Assembly: GCF_009914755.1 (NCBI RefSeq)
Contig: NC_060925.1
Length of the DNA: 64,000 nt
From: the human T2T-CHM13v2.0 reference genome, Homo sapiens
Reading direction: 5' to 3' (one strand)
The notes under the pieces were generated by a model. It made no database searches. It saw only the letters and a program-made list of their open reading frames with translations, and had not been told where the DNA came from. Numbering within the stretch: the first letter of the stretch is position 1; the number at the start of each line of letters is the position of its first letter. The position numbers and the translations under genes are program-made. This document shows, in pieces, positions 14,452 to 27,599 of the stretch.

Positions 14452-15509
14452 CTGAGAAAGTCGAATGAGGAACAACATAAAACACGATCACTGCTCTAGT
14501 TTTCCCTAAATGCTCTAGGTAGCCGTCACTTTACCCTGTGTACACCGCATTCCCTTACTGCCCAAAGTAATAAAGACTTCTGTCACTGCGAGAGCTTTTC
14601 ATCTTCAGGGCTTCTTTCTCCTCTCCTGATAAGACTGCCAACTCCACTCTCTGTAAATGAGCTCATGTGAACACTTCATTTTCAGTGCGTGAAAACAAAA
14701 AGGGCCACTGCCCAGCTTCAGAGATGGAGGGGGCAGTGCTCTCTCTTCAAAGTCAGAGGAGGATGTTTGAAAGGGATTGAAACTGACCTAGGGAGCCTCC
14801 CGTGGAATAAGGAAGTTAAAGCGGAGCCATTATACTCCTCCGCTAGCTTCACTTTTATTTTACAATGCCTGAAGGCTTGGGAGTGCAGGGAGGGAGAGTG
14901 GGAGGAGAACAGACCAGCTATCTCTAAACCAATTTCTGTTTGTGAACATTAAACATTTGCATTCACTTTGGCCAACACCACTAGCCAATATCAATGCTCC
15001 AAGTATATGTGAGCTGAACGTTTCACATGTGGGACAGATGGCTAAACCATTACAATGCAGTCAATTTCGAAATAAGTGAATCCCAGCTTAGGCTTCCTCG
15101 TCCAAACAGTAACTAAATTTAATTTTTTTGCAATCAGTGGCATATGTTTGCATCTGTCTACAATATGACTTGAGCCAAATCTGATCTGGCCATGGCATCC
15201 TGAGTACTAAGGCTATACAATTCCTAGTGTTAAATGTATTGTAAATACCAGAGGGGGCAGGTTAATTAATTAAAAATATATATTGGGTTTTTTTGGCCCT
15301 TTGGAGATCTACCATGTTTGTGATACAGGTAAGAGCTGCTGACCAACTACAGGAGTTTCTGTTATCCTTTTTAAATGTTTAAAATTTCCCTATCCAATAA
15401 TAATAATAACAATAATAGTAATAAACAGAACCCACATTTACCCACATTTAATTGTCTATTACAGCTAAGAGAAATTGGCTTTACCTGTTGGCCTCATTAT
15501 AGTCACCCA

Positions 15510-15850
15510 ATTCCATTTATTCAAATGTGTACAATGTGCTTATTACGCACCAGGCACTGTGCTAGGCATGAGACAATACCAGAGCATTCTTTCCAGGGCT
15601 CACTGTCACAGTCAGGCCGGTACACAGGAAAATAATTACAGCCGTATAATGCTTGCATTTTAATAAAAGCATGGGCTAGACCCTAGAAGGAGTATAAGAA
15701 AGAAAACTGAACTCTTTCTGGAGAGGTCGAAGAAGGAACTTGGGCATCACTGTGTTGAGTTGCGAAGGTGTCTGTGCATGAAGAAGATGGAAGGATATTT
15801 CAGTCACAGAGAACAGCTGTGGCAGAAAAGCAGGAAAAAGCAGGATTTGG
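15510..15850 (-). mobile_element. L2 3' end fragment
   Basis: CATTTATTCAAATG...CACCAGGCACTGTGCTAGGCA, reverse L2 tail. Confidence 0.6.
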
Positions 15851-15852
15851 AA

Positions 15853-16036
15853 CTGTGTTTTCTAACATGTGTTATGTAACTTAATTAAAATAAAATAAAA
15901 TTTCAAATGCTGCTACTCAGGTACCCTAGCTGTATTTCAAATGCTTCCCAGTCACATGTTGTCAGTGACTATCATATTAGACAGTGGAATCATGGAACAC
16001 TCCCATAACTGCAGAAAGTTCTATTTGACAGTGCTG
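15853..16036 (-). mobile_element. MER3 hAT-Charlie DNA transposon
   Basis: TAATTAAAATAAAATAAAATT...ATTTCAAATGCT...GCAGAAAGTTCTATTTGACAGTGCTG. Confidence 0.8.
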
Positions 16037-17169
16037 ATTTGGAAATGTGGATTACTGATAACTGAGATACTACAAAATGTGAAATGTATGAAGGGACTTG
16101 GTCCTGTAGATCCTGAGAAATCACTCAATGAAATGGAGATTTCAGCTTATAATACTTCTAGAGCCACTGATGGATTTAAGGAGTGACGTAGTGTGGATAA
16201 ATGAAGGGGACAGAAAATGAGTGACTTGATCATACTCGTATTTTAGAAAGACCTTCATTCAACCTACAGTGTGAAGGGTGACACATATGTACATCCACAT
16301 TCACATACAATATTCCACAGTATACCTATCAACCCATATAGGCTTTTCCCTTCTTTATTGTTTCAGTGAATAATAATAACAATAATTTACATTTATTAAA
16401 TGTATATTGTGGAACATTCACTGCCCTGAATACTTCATACATATTAACTTACCAAGATCAAGGAATGGAAGGGCATCTTTGAGATACATGTTGACTTCTA
16501 AAGACCAATAGTTCAATTTAATCCTCCATTTATATTGTTTTATAGGAAATATAGAACTGTGAATAGAAAAACTGTAGAGAAACATATAGACAGGTTGAAT
16601 CTATGGTGCAATTCATCCTGCCAGCTAAATTTAAGCTCTAAGCAGGTTTAGCTTGGAACCTCTGGTGGCTGAGTGGACTGTGGCTGCTACATGTATCTGC
16701 AAATAGATGTGGCATTTGTGGGAATGCCAATAAAAATCTCTTGAACTGCATTAATGGGAACTTCTCTATATAGAATATTCAACAAAAATCGCTGAAAGAA
16801 ATTGTTCATATGGAACAACCCACCTTGTGAGACTGTAAGAAATGAAAAAATGGAGGCAACAATTAGAAGCAACAATGAGCAGGGAATTCTCCAGTGACCT
16901 GCATCTTACTTAAATGGTGAATTGAGGTGGCTGGATGTCTGGCCAAATCTCAGCTTTCTTTGTTTTCTTGGGAAGGGTATTTTGCTCACCATCCTAATCA
17001 CTTAAAGTCATGCTGTGCTCTCACAGCAAGTCAGTGAAATATGCTTTCTTCTTTAATGGCTAAAACTTGATCCAGGTTTGGCTGGAAAAAAAAAAGAGGC
17101 TTGATATGGTCTGGGATCTGGGTTTGCTTCTAAGCTATTTGTATACCTCATCAGTTTCCCATAATTCAC

Positions 17170-17290
17170 TGAGTCAGTCAGTCAAAAAGAATTAATTTAA
17201 TGCCTACTGTGTGCAGAGAAGAGCATATGGTATACAAAGACACAATTCTGACACTCAAAGCTTTTGAAATCTAGGTAAGGAAGAAAACAT
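17170..17290 (-). mobile_element. L2 3' end fragment
   Basis: TTTAATGCCTACTGTGTGCA...AAAGACACAATTCTGACACTCAAAG. Confidence 0.5.
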
Positions 17291-18530
17291 ACCTATAGAA
17301 AGAAATATTAAATAATCAATATTTAAAATAATATGTTATAAATTGAATGCTTGAGTGCAAGAGGGATCTGGGAACTTAGGTGAAGTTATGGGTATGGTAC
17401 ATGTAGTTAAAAAAGAAGATTATCTGAAGGAGATTGGTTGCAAATCAGATTGCAAAGTGTCAGAAAATGAAAAATATTAGAGGTTTAGATATTCATAGGG
17501 GGTTCCAATAAATTTTTTCTGATTTATTTTATAATCAACCCACAATTAAAGATCTTGAAAATTTAACCAGAGACACAAGAGATGAAATATACCAAAGCTA
17601 GTACTGGTTCACAAGTCATTTCAAAAGAAAAAGTAAAACCATATCAGAAAGTATATGTCCTAACATCTCACAACAAGAAGAACTTTACACAGTGTACTTT
17701 CCTTACAATTTCTTGAAGCTTTGCTATTTACAATTTCTAATATAATTAATGGGGTGTTTATTATGCTTAATGCTAAAAATCCTCTGATCTAATTTTGAAA
17801 ATGAATTATTCCACTTAACAAGGAAAAAAAATCCTTTCGATTTTTACCCAAGTGCTACAGTTCTCCAAGTATTCCATATTTTCAGCTATTATCCCTTTCT
17901 TACAAAGAGCCCACTTAATAATGTTCACTCTAACAACCTCATTTATTTTCCAGAAAATTAACTCAGTTTCAACCCTGATTAATGATTTCATCTAAATGAA
18001 TCAAATTAAAAATTGAAAATTATATTTCAAAAGCCAAAGAAAAAAAAATTGACCATTTCCAGTTAACAAATGATCCTTTCAAATATTAAAAGATGACCAT
18101 GAAGAGTGCGTGATAGTAATGAAATCTGGCTCGGGCCTGCTGCTTATCTGGAGTTCATGGAGGAGGAGAATTAACAGGAAAAAAAAAAAAAGAAAGAGAA
18201 GAAAAAGGTACCCTATGCATTTTTAACACGGAAATCCCTTGGGACACCAAAGTGACTTCCACTTAGGCTTCGCCTATAATCAGTGTACCAAAATAATATG
18301 AGCATTTCCCTGTTAATTAAAACTGGGCTGGAGATGCCCCTCAGCAGAAGGGGGATTAAGAAGTCACACACACTAATAGCCCCTGTTAACAAAACCTAAA
18401 CCGTGCAAGAATGCTTCATGCTATGATGTCTTCTCTAGGAGCCGGAAGCAGTCCATGAGGAAAACAAGCAACTAATTAGGGAGAAACTTCTGGTCTGATA
18501 CGTTATTTTTCTTTTAAATCCATTTTGGCC

Positions 18531-18860
18531 GGGGGTTGGGGAAGGGAAGGGTGACTAGGCAGAGCAGAGAGGATTTTTAGGACACTGAAACCATTCTATG
18601 TAATACTATAATGGTAGATACGTGTCATTATACATTTGTCAAAACCCACAGAATGTATAACACCAAGAGTGAACCCCCACATAAACTATGGACTTCTTTG
18701 GGTAATAATGACGTATCCATGCGGATTCATCGATTGTTAACAAATGTACCAGTCTACTGGGAAATGTTGATAATGAGGGAGGGTATGGATGAAGGGGGGC
18801 GGGTCAGGGGATATTAACTCTGTACTTTTTGCTCAATTTTGCTGTCAGCCTAAAAGTGCT
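18531..18860 (+). mobile_element. L1MC1/2-like LINE-1 3' end (tail resumes at 19004-19029)
   Basis: GTCATTATACATTTGTCAAAACCCACAGAATGTA, ATAAACTATGGACTT, CTCTGTACTTTTTGCTCAATTTTGCTGT. Confidence 0.88.
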
Positions 18861-18862
18861 GG

Positions 18863-19003
18863 GTTTTTGTTTTGTTTTGTTTTTTAACTTTTAAGTTCAG
18901 GGGTACATGTGCAGCTTGTTCCATGGGTAAAATTGTGTCATGTGGGTTTGCTGTGCAGGTTATTTCATCACCCAGGTATTAAGCCTAGTACCCATTAGTT
19001 ATT
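18863..19003 (-). mobile_element. Old L1PA 3' terminal fragment inserted into the L1MC tail
   Basis: TTTTAAGTTCAGGGGTACATGTGCAG...ATTTCATCACCCAGGTATTAAGCCTAGTACCCATTAGTTATTTT. Confidence 0.9.
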
Positions 19004-19199
19004 TTAAAAATAAAGTCTTAAAAAAAAATCCCAAATAAATAAATCCACTCTTGAGGTATACAGATGACTGCATTTATCTGAAGTCCTGTGAAAAAACTTT
19101 ACAATTAGGGACCATGTCGTTTTCACCCAGATTTCCGGATGTAATTCCGTGTTTTGAAATGTACGCACAAGAGTAAACAATGCAGAATGATCAGCCTCA

Positions 19200-19860
19200 C
19201 AGCGGGTCACAGGACACAACCGCCGCGCTCTGGTTGGACGCAGGCTGCATCCTGTTTCCCGGACACATTTATTCAGCCCAATCTTTCCTGTCTGAACACA
19301 GACTGTTGATGATAAAATAGCATCTCAAATTATGAGGGAGAAAGAGCTGCTTCGGCGTTCCTCCCCGGTTCTCTGCCTGGATTGGGCTCCCGTGGGTTGC
19401 TGAGGCCCTCGCGGAGGCCTAGGAAGCCCGGCAGCGCGGGCGGCAGCAGCGGGTTGGGGAGCAAGGCCGGCTTGGAACGCGGGCTCCTGCCCACTGCCAC
19501 CCGCAGGCTGCCCCGGGCTCCCGGGCGGGCGCTCGGCCAGGGGCTCTGCTCGCTCCATGGACAGCTGGGTGGAAAGGACGCCCCGTGAAGGACACCCGGC
19601 CGTCGGACCGCGCCCACCCCTGGGCCTCCCAGGGGCTCCCTCCGCAGACTCCCAGGGACTTCCTGGGAGCCACCGCGGAGGGCGCTGCGCGCGTCCGGAG
19701 CCGACGCCGGGCTTCAAACAGAAACCAAAGCCCGCTCCAACGCCGCGAAGGAGGGGGGCTCCAAGCATCCTAGAAAAGAAAGCTGGAGGGAGCGCATCAG
19801 AGACACAAGTGCGGATAAGACTTAACACATTTCCTGAAGAGGATTCCTTGTCGCGAGTTG
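19200..19860. promoter_or_regulatory. CpG island (orphan; probable promoter/enhancer)
   Basis: About 50 CpG dinucleotides counted by eye in ~660 bp of GC-rich unique sequence in an AT-rich window; GGGCGG boxes, CCAAT (~19278) and ATTGG (19381). Confidence 0.9.
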
Positions 19861-20259
19861 TCTTGGTTATGACAGAGGAAGAAGACTTCAAAGTGAATAA
19901 GCAAGGGGGTGCCCTTAATCAGGGCAGAAATGTGGTGGCTTTGGGATTTACCTATTTCGTACAAGTTGCGTTCTTTTCAGTGGCGTATTTCCCAGGTCCC
20001 TTGCAAGAGCTGTTGGACCCACTCCCCTCTTGCCCACAAGTTGGAATATTATTTCATTAATCACAACAGGAGGCAGATGTTACTTAAGATTTAGAAAGAG
20101 AAATAAAGGCATAGATGAAGGGGCTTGCATCAAGTTCAAAAAAGAGTATTATGTTTATAGCTCCTTAATTATTATTGGTTATCTGCCAGGCTTTCTATAA
20201 TATACTTTGTAACATTCTGGAATTTTTAAAAAGTACCCTACTTATCTTTAAACACTGAA

Positions 20260-20400
20260 ATCCATTCAAAGCCCTACAACCGATAGGGCCTTTGGGAGCG
20301 TTATTAAAATCCTCTTAATTAACAACAACAAAGTGAAGGCTTAAAATGGTTGAATGACTTGCCCAAGATCACACAGCTAGGAAATAAGCATTGGATAAAA
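20260..20400 (-). mobile_element. MIR fragment
   Basis: GGTTGAATGACTTGCCCAAGATCACACAGCTAG. Confidence 0.7.
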
Positions 20401-22001
20401 ATGTATGGAATGTCTGAGTAAATCCTAGCCTTTCTGTGTTCTACTTAAATTCCTCAATTTTAAATATAGTTGTTATATCACACACAGTTAGGGGTATTAT
20501 CCCCATTAGCAAAGAAAGTGCCGTAGTAAAGGCAGCTTTCAAAATTTTCAGGGATTTTGTAGAATCACTGAGGAGTAACTATGTTGTACATGGTTCCTCT
20601 TCCATTACATTTACTAGAAGAGGCTAAAGGGTCACACACCCTCACTTGTCATGAGCCTGAAAGACTTTGTGACTGTTCTAGGTACATACATGTAACAAGC
20701 TTTTGATACAAAACATAATGCGAAAAATAAAATGTTGTTTGTGAAGGCAAAGATTCATCAATACCAAGTATAATCTGTTTCTTTACATTTTTCAAACAAT
20801 AAGACTGAGATAAGAAAATCAGAACTAGGGCCAACTGTAACAGGTGCTAATAGAATTTTTCCATGAACTATTGTGTCAGTTTAATCCCCAGCCTGACCTG
20901 GAACACTTTGGCCATTTTAACACCAAGCTCCCCGGATTATCTATTCTGAGTTAAATGTTCCCAAGTGGATTGGTGATTGTGCAGCGGAGAGAAGATCTGC
21001 AAGGATTATTCTAAAATTTCACAAGAATTTCCCTGACATACACTATATATTACTATGAACTATGTTTTCAAAATAATGATACAATGAATTGCCTAGCCAA
21101 GCAACATCTTCACAGTTTAACCGAACACTGAAATGATTTTCCACAAGCTCAATGTTCAGAAAATAAATGCAAATTGGCTATAAATTAATTTAGTCTTTAA
21201 ATTAATACTTGATCAATAATCTGACATTGTTTTCATTGTCTACATGAAGAAAACTAAGACAAAACAGTTTTTCAGCTGTATTATAACTTAGTGTTAAACT
21301 ACATCTATATAGCCCCATCTATATAGATGGAGAGACTCTTTTAATTCAATTGCTATAGATAGCAAAATCTAATAATAGAGATCTTAAAGCATTATCTTTT
21401 TACTTGAATTACTGAATTTAGTTGCTATCTACACTGATCAGAATACCACATTAATTTTCTTGATTTTATATTTGATATTACAAAAAATCCCATTTTAATG
21501 ATTAAAGATGCTGAAATGACATTTTTGAATGAAATTAATCTATGTAGCTTAAAAATATTTCATTTTCATTAGCATTCCCTCTTATTTTTTTAACAATAAA
21601 CTCCTTATTTTAAAATATAACTCAAAGCCCATGTTCTACACAAAATTTTTCAAAATTATCTCAGGCATCCATTCTCCAAAAGACTGATACAATCTGTGAA
21701 CTGACCCTAACTTTCATTGAAGTAGCATGCAAATATTTGTTATAACTTTACCTATCTGCCTTATCTGGTTTGACTTAGCTAGATGTGGAAAGATTTGTAC
21801 TTAATCCTCACCAGAAAAAAAGACACTATTGAATGCTAAAGACCCTGTGAATATTCTACAAAAGAGCTTTCATTGCAGATCAGTTTAAGTCGGAGACATA
21901 AGCAAAAGATAAAAAACCAAAGACAGTTATTCACTGACCTCAGTAATTTTCAAGCCATTCTATAAAACTTGGAGATTCCCATTAAAGAAGACAGAAAAAT
22001 C

Positions 22002-22322
22002 AGCCGGGCACCGTGGCTCACGCCTATAATCCCAGGACTTTGGGAGGCCGAGGCAGGTGGATCACTTGAGGCCAGGAGTTCAAGACCAGCCTGGCCAACA
22101 TGGGGAAACCACGTCTCTACTAAAAATACAAAATTAGCCAGGCATGTTGGTGCATACTTGTAATCCCAGCTACTCGGCGGGATGAGATGAGACACGAGAA
22201 TCACTTGAACCCAGGAGGCGGAGGTTGCAGAGAACCTAGATGGTGCCATTACACTCCAGCCTGGGCGACAGAGACTCTGAATCAAAAAAAACAAAAAAAC
22301 AAAAAAACAAAAAAAAAAAAAA
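22002..22322 (+). mobile_element. Full-length AluS-type SINE
   Basis: AGCCGGGCACCGTGGCTCACGCC start; A-rich tail with periodic C interruptions. Confidence 0.95.
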
Positions 22323-22447
22323 GGAAAGAAAAATTGTTTAACTTATGCCATCACACCCTAGTCACACATTCTAGCATCCTGTGAGGAAATGAGGGCGTGA
22401 CATTAAAAGAAAGAGTGTACATAAAATTAGGAAACTGCGGTTCCACC

Positions 22448-22954
22448 TGTGTTAGAGTCCAGACAGTGAATCGGAAACCACAGTAGGCACTTCAACAGGG
22501 AGAATTCAATATGAAAACTTTGGTCCAAAGGGTGTTGGAGAATTACAGGAGCAAAAACTGAACAGGGATTGTAACTACAGGAAGCAACTACTGCCTCTGG
22601 AAATTGTGGGAATAAAAGGAAGTGTTCGGCACATCAGAATCTAGAAGCTCAGTGAAGAGGGCCTGTTGGACTGAGACTGGTATCAGAGGAGTCAAAGCCA
22701 GTGGTCAGTGCTCGGCTTTCCCAAGTGCACAATGGGGCTTCATCTGAGAGTGTCACAGAAAGCTAGAAACTGTGCCAACTGTCAATGTCAGGGCAATGGG
22801 TCTTTAATAGAGTGGCACTGTCAGGAACAAGTTAATAGGAAACAGACACAAGGATACAATTCTTTCTCTCTCCTAGTGTCCTGAATCCCAGCCCCCCATA
22901 TCACAAAGAAGAGCAGGTTTAGAGCTGAGAGACAATAGCTTAATAAGGGGCATA
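22448..22954 (-). mobile_element. LTR78-like ancient LTR
   Basis: Ends GAGCTGAGAGACAATAGCTTAATAA; begins with GAAACCACA...TTCAACAGGGAGAATTCAATAT, as recalled for reverse LTR78. Confidence 0.6.
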
Positions 22955-24299
22955 TAGGCTTAAGAGAGCTTTCATAAATGGATCATCAACCTCATCTCTA
23001 AAAAACAGTGACCTTTCCATAAAAGTGCATCCTATGACATTAGAATGGGATTGGGTCACTTTCTTGATCCAATAATCTGTTGCTAATACCTAGCATTCAC
23101 GCCCTAACCACCCTGCATACATTCTTTTCCTTGGCCTGTACCATCTAAAATATTTGCCTGTTGTTCCTTGATCTAAACATGCATTCTTGACCTTTTTAAC
23201 TTAAAACCACAAAGTATATCATCATTTTTCACCAAATACACTGTAACATTTTTGTGTAGGATGAATTATCTTTGAAATATATTGAAACTCTAGCCCTCTG
23301 CCTAGCTTTAGGGCTTCTTTGGCTCATTACCAGATGGACAGGTGGATGGAAGGAGGGAGGGGGAGATGCTTATATGAGTGGGAGGTATGAATATGTGTGT
23401 ACAATGAGGCTGTGACTGTAAAGAAACACACAGTGCAGAACTAGGCCAGTAAACGTAACCAAGAAACAGAGCTTAAGTTAGAACTTACTAAAGGAGTTTT
23501 CCATTTTCTTCTTTTTTTTGCATTAATATTGTTGGTCAGATTTGCAGTGTTATATGAAAACAGTACTATGGCGTGTGAACCAATTTACTAAACAAATAGC
23601 AGCTGTAGTAAAACATCTGTTTGGGAAAGAGGAAATATAAACTCATAAAATCAAATGAAGGCAATGTGATCTGTACTTTCACAATATGAGAAAACTAGAC
23701 ATATGGAGCAGTTTGCAAAAGATTATCAATCATTCTATTAAAAAAAAACAAAGTGTGAAACAGGTAACATTATGATCTTCACACAACACATTAGCCAGTA
23801 TCTGAGTAAGATTTTAGAAAAGGGTATGAGAATGTCTCTCAGGAATGAGAATAGCATCAACATCTCCCTTACAAAAGGAAATTTTTAAGGTGTGAAAGAG
23901 GATTATATCTAAAAATAACTATATGTGTCTATGTATACTGTCGCCAATAGTAAGATGATTGTTGTACTATAATTATACAAGATTAAGGTAATAATAACAA
24001 AAGGAAAGAAAAATTTTGTGTGGAACTCGGGAAAGACATTTGCTATATTATGTATAGATCTGCCATCTAGTTCATTAGTGCCAAAATGATTTGCTTTCTG
24101 AGGATCAATCATTAGAGGAACTCTAATAAAAATTTCAATGAAACTATGAAAGAGAAAAGTAAACGAAAGACTGGGTTTCATCCTTATGCACCCAATCTGC
24201 AAGAAAAGCAAAAATCAATAAAGAGAGCTTAAATTAAAAAAAAAAAAAGACCCTTCTGAAGAAGCTGTTGGCTATCTTTTTTAACAACAAGAAAGCTGA

Positions 24300-24790
24300 T
24301 TTTGTTTGTTTGCAATACTTTGCTGCCCCTGCTCGCCTTCTCTTTGCTTCACAGAGTTTAAGCTAAAACCAAAGAAAGATGTAATACATTCAAAAACAAA
24401 ATCACATCACTGGCATAAAGCAAATCAGAGAGCAGTAATAAATGTCAGAGCTGTAACAGCAAAGGCAGCAGCTAGGTTCCTTCACTGCCCACCCCCAACC
24501 CCAACCACCACACACTTAAAAGTGAAATACCTAGCTGTTATCTTGGTGCCTGCAGAGCCTCCCCATTGTAGATTCAATAATACAAGAGGCTTCTTATCAG
24601 CAGCTGGGGTGACTGATTGGAGCTGTGATATGTTTAGACAATGCACTGTATTTAACTGAATTTACAGATGCCCCAACTCAGACGTGGTAGTAAACGCCAG
24701 AGACTAATAGGAAATTAAACATGTACAATGGACTAACTCCATTTGCTCTCACACAGTGTAATGTGTTTAGTTAACTTACTCATAGTCACA
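24300..24790. promoter_or_regulatory. Candidate enhancer / conserved non-coding element
   Basis: Unique sequence with GTAATAAA, TGTCA, three SOX-type CATTGT/ACAATG, CTTATCA, CAGCTG, TGATTGG. Confidence 0.35.
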
Positions 24791-27599
24791 CTTTATCTTT
24801 TTCTCTATGGATTCTCTGGGATATGTTTCAAATTGGCCAGAGATTAAATCTTCTTTTCAATTTTTTGTTACCATTTTATTGCCGCTTTCCCTTATTATTG
24901 GCCACTCTTTCTCTTGCAGAGATAAGCTAAACAAGATGACCCTCAGCACTCCCCCCACAACCCAATTATCAGATAGTCAGCAAGGAACGCAAGGGTACAG
25001 AAGATTCCATAATATTAATATTAATATAACATGAGAGGAACAAAAATCAGTCACTTATTTGAAAGCAATGGTGTATTTAGCTCATTTGAAATTTAAATGT
25101 GAATTTTAATGTACCTGGTATGTAACACATACATACAGAAAGAGACAGTGTGGGAGCAGCATACATAGGTCAGGTTGAGAATTATTTTAACTCTTCATTG
25201 TTCATATATTTGCTAGCAAAAATGGCTTCAAGTAGACATGTGTCTACATAACTGCACAGCACCACTGTTGAGGGGTGGAAAGGAAAAGATTTTCATCTGG
25301 TTAACAGAGAAAGGTAATTTATCATTAGATAAACCCACAGATTGATCTGTAGATATTCTAGGGAATCCTTGAAAGAGGCTGTTCACAGGGAACCCTCTTG
25401 TTATATAATAGCAATTGAACCCATAATGGTTTTGTTGTCCTTAGGAAACTGTAAAGAATTTCTACATTCATAAAATCATGTTACCTAGAAAGTATAAAAG
25501 AAATCTTGTCTATTCCAATGACATTCAGACTCCTGAGAGGGTTAAAGACAGTTCCAGCTGAATGCTGACCACAATCCCTACACCCCCATGACCCTGGCCT
25601 GGAGAAAAGTGGATGGAGTTAGATGTGGAAAAAACTGGCCACCAAAACTGACAATAGTACAGGTTTGACCATCATGACCTCTCTGTCACTTGTTTACATT
25701 TATTATGTAGACAAGCAAGAACACTGCGGCATCAGCCTAACTTACAAAATAAAAGTAAATGAGATCAGGGTGAGCACAATGGTCAGGAAGGCTGGACAGA
25801 GTGGGCGCTTGCACGGCAATTTACATGCTTTATATTTGAAAGAAAGAAACTGAATGAAGAGATGTTACAGCATCAACTCCGTGTGTGCATATTCATGCCT
25901 GTTTCTGAAACACCACTCCCTAGACCTTACTATAAAATGACTCTAATCTGATAGACCAGAGCACCCACGCCAGTAACCACAACCTGAATATTACATTTCC
26001 TTCTCCTTTATTCCCTATTTTCTCAGTGGCTATTTTTTACTGAGACCACAACTATTTTATTTTCAGAATTTTGCATCTAAGGAGAGGTACAAACAAAATA
26101 GAAAGGAAACATGTGACTATGATGATCAAATGATAAGTGCCTGAATATCATAATCCTTGCAATCAATTCTTTGCGTGGCTTTTTTAAAAAGCAAGGATGA
26201 TAACAAATGAAAACACTGAAAGCACATGTAATCACACAAAACCACTAATAAGTTTATATAATTAAACGTCCCAAAGCATTATTTCTCCTAGATCACAATT
26301 TTACTCTGTTGAAAGAAGAGGGTGGCATGATATCAAGGAGTACTAATGTCATTTGAAAATCAAGTTATAATCAAATAACCATTATTCAGTAAAATGGACT
26401 TCATAGTAATCATTTCTTTCTATAACTGAGCAGTCCAATAAATGTTACTTCTCTTAATCAGTTCTGATTGGTATTTGCTATATGAGACACAGACAAATCT
26501 TTGACCAATCTTTAATTAGTATCACTGATGAAATATTTATTCTTTTAATTTGAATTTAGAAACCCAATAAAGCCATGTTTGCATCTTTTATCAACTTAAA
26601 TATTATCCTCCTTTATTGCTTTTGTCATGACTGTAGATTCTGAAGATGTTCTCCTGAAACAATGCGTATTTCATGTATGCATAGTTGCCCTGGTCTCATT
26701 GCTTTTGGGGCAAATATTTAATATAGGCATTCAGGTCATACATTCATTTCAATCTTCTTTCTTAGGGGATCATGAAGTAAATTTCCTCTAAGTGATGAAA
26801 GAAAAGGAGGGAGATACTTCTAGACATCTAAGACCTTCTTAGGGAATCACTGATTCACCAAATCATAACCTAATCCTTCCTGGAGCTCCTGGAGTTCAAT
26901 TCACAGAAATGATAGGACTGGACAACATTACTGGGCCCTTGTGCATGGAATGTGTGGATATTCTAGAGCCCAGACACTGAACTCAGAAGCCAGTGTTCCA
27001 TTTTTGGCTCTTTACTGATGAGTAGCCGCCTTTAATTTAACCCACCTTTTCAACCGGAGGCACTGTTAAACAGTTCCTTAGGTCTGATGGTTCTTGGGGA
27101 TCTAAGCTCATTTAAAATAGGCAGAAATCACTAACCATATTATTAAAATCTAATGAAGCAATCAGATTGCATCTTGTTATAAAAACCACTTTACCAATTC
27201 CCTCTAGTTCACAAAACACCTCTGAAATTAATATATCTAGAGTAATATAGCTAAAAAAGAGGAGGAATTGTGTCTTCTGAAAGATGTACAAATAAATGAC
27301 ATACATGTCTTCTTTGTAGCACAGTGGTCTCCAGTACATATGAGCATCTTTCTTGGCTACAGGCTTTGAATTTTCTTTCACCTTCTCTTTTGTACTCTAC
27401 AATCTCCAATGAAAACTAACACTTGGTAATGAATCTGTCAAAAATTAGTACGTTGTAATGTGTAGAACCTTAGATGTTCATACCAGCTGTGCTTGTTAAT
27501 CTATTACACACACTTACGACATCATATACCTCTGCTACATAGGATTTCCCACTTACATTTATTCTACATTTATTCATGAAATTATTTGATTCCTGTCAG

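Noticed and set aside
15243-19690. CTCF-like AGGGGGCAG / GAGGGCGCT strings (~15250, ~19678; also ~14728)
   Set aside because: Only the 3' half of the motif matches; several 5' mismatches
19325-20060. Long ORFs of 188 aa (-) and 167 aa (+) over the CpG island
   Set aside because: Overlapping ORFs in several frames and both strands, rich in Pro/Gly/Arg/Ala, are expected from stop-codon scarcity in GC-rich DNA; no recognisable domain
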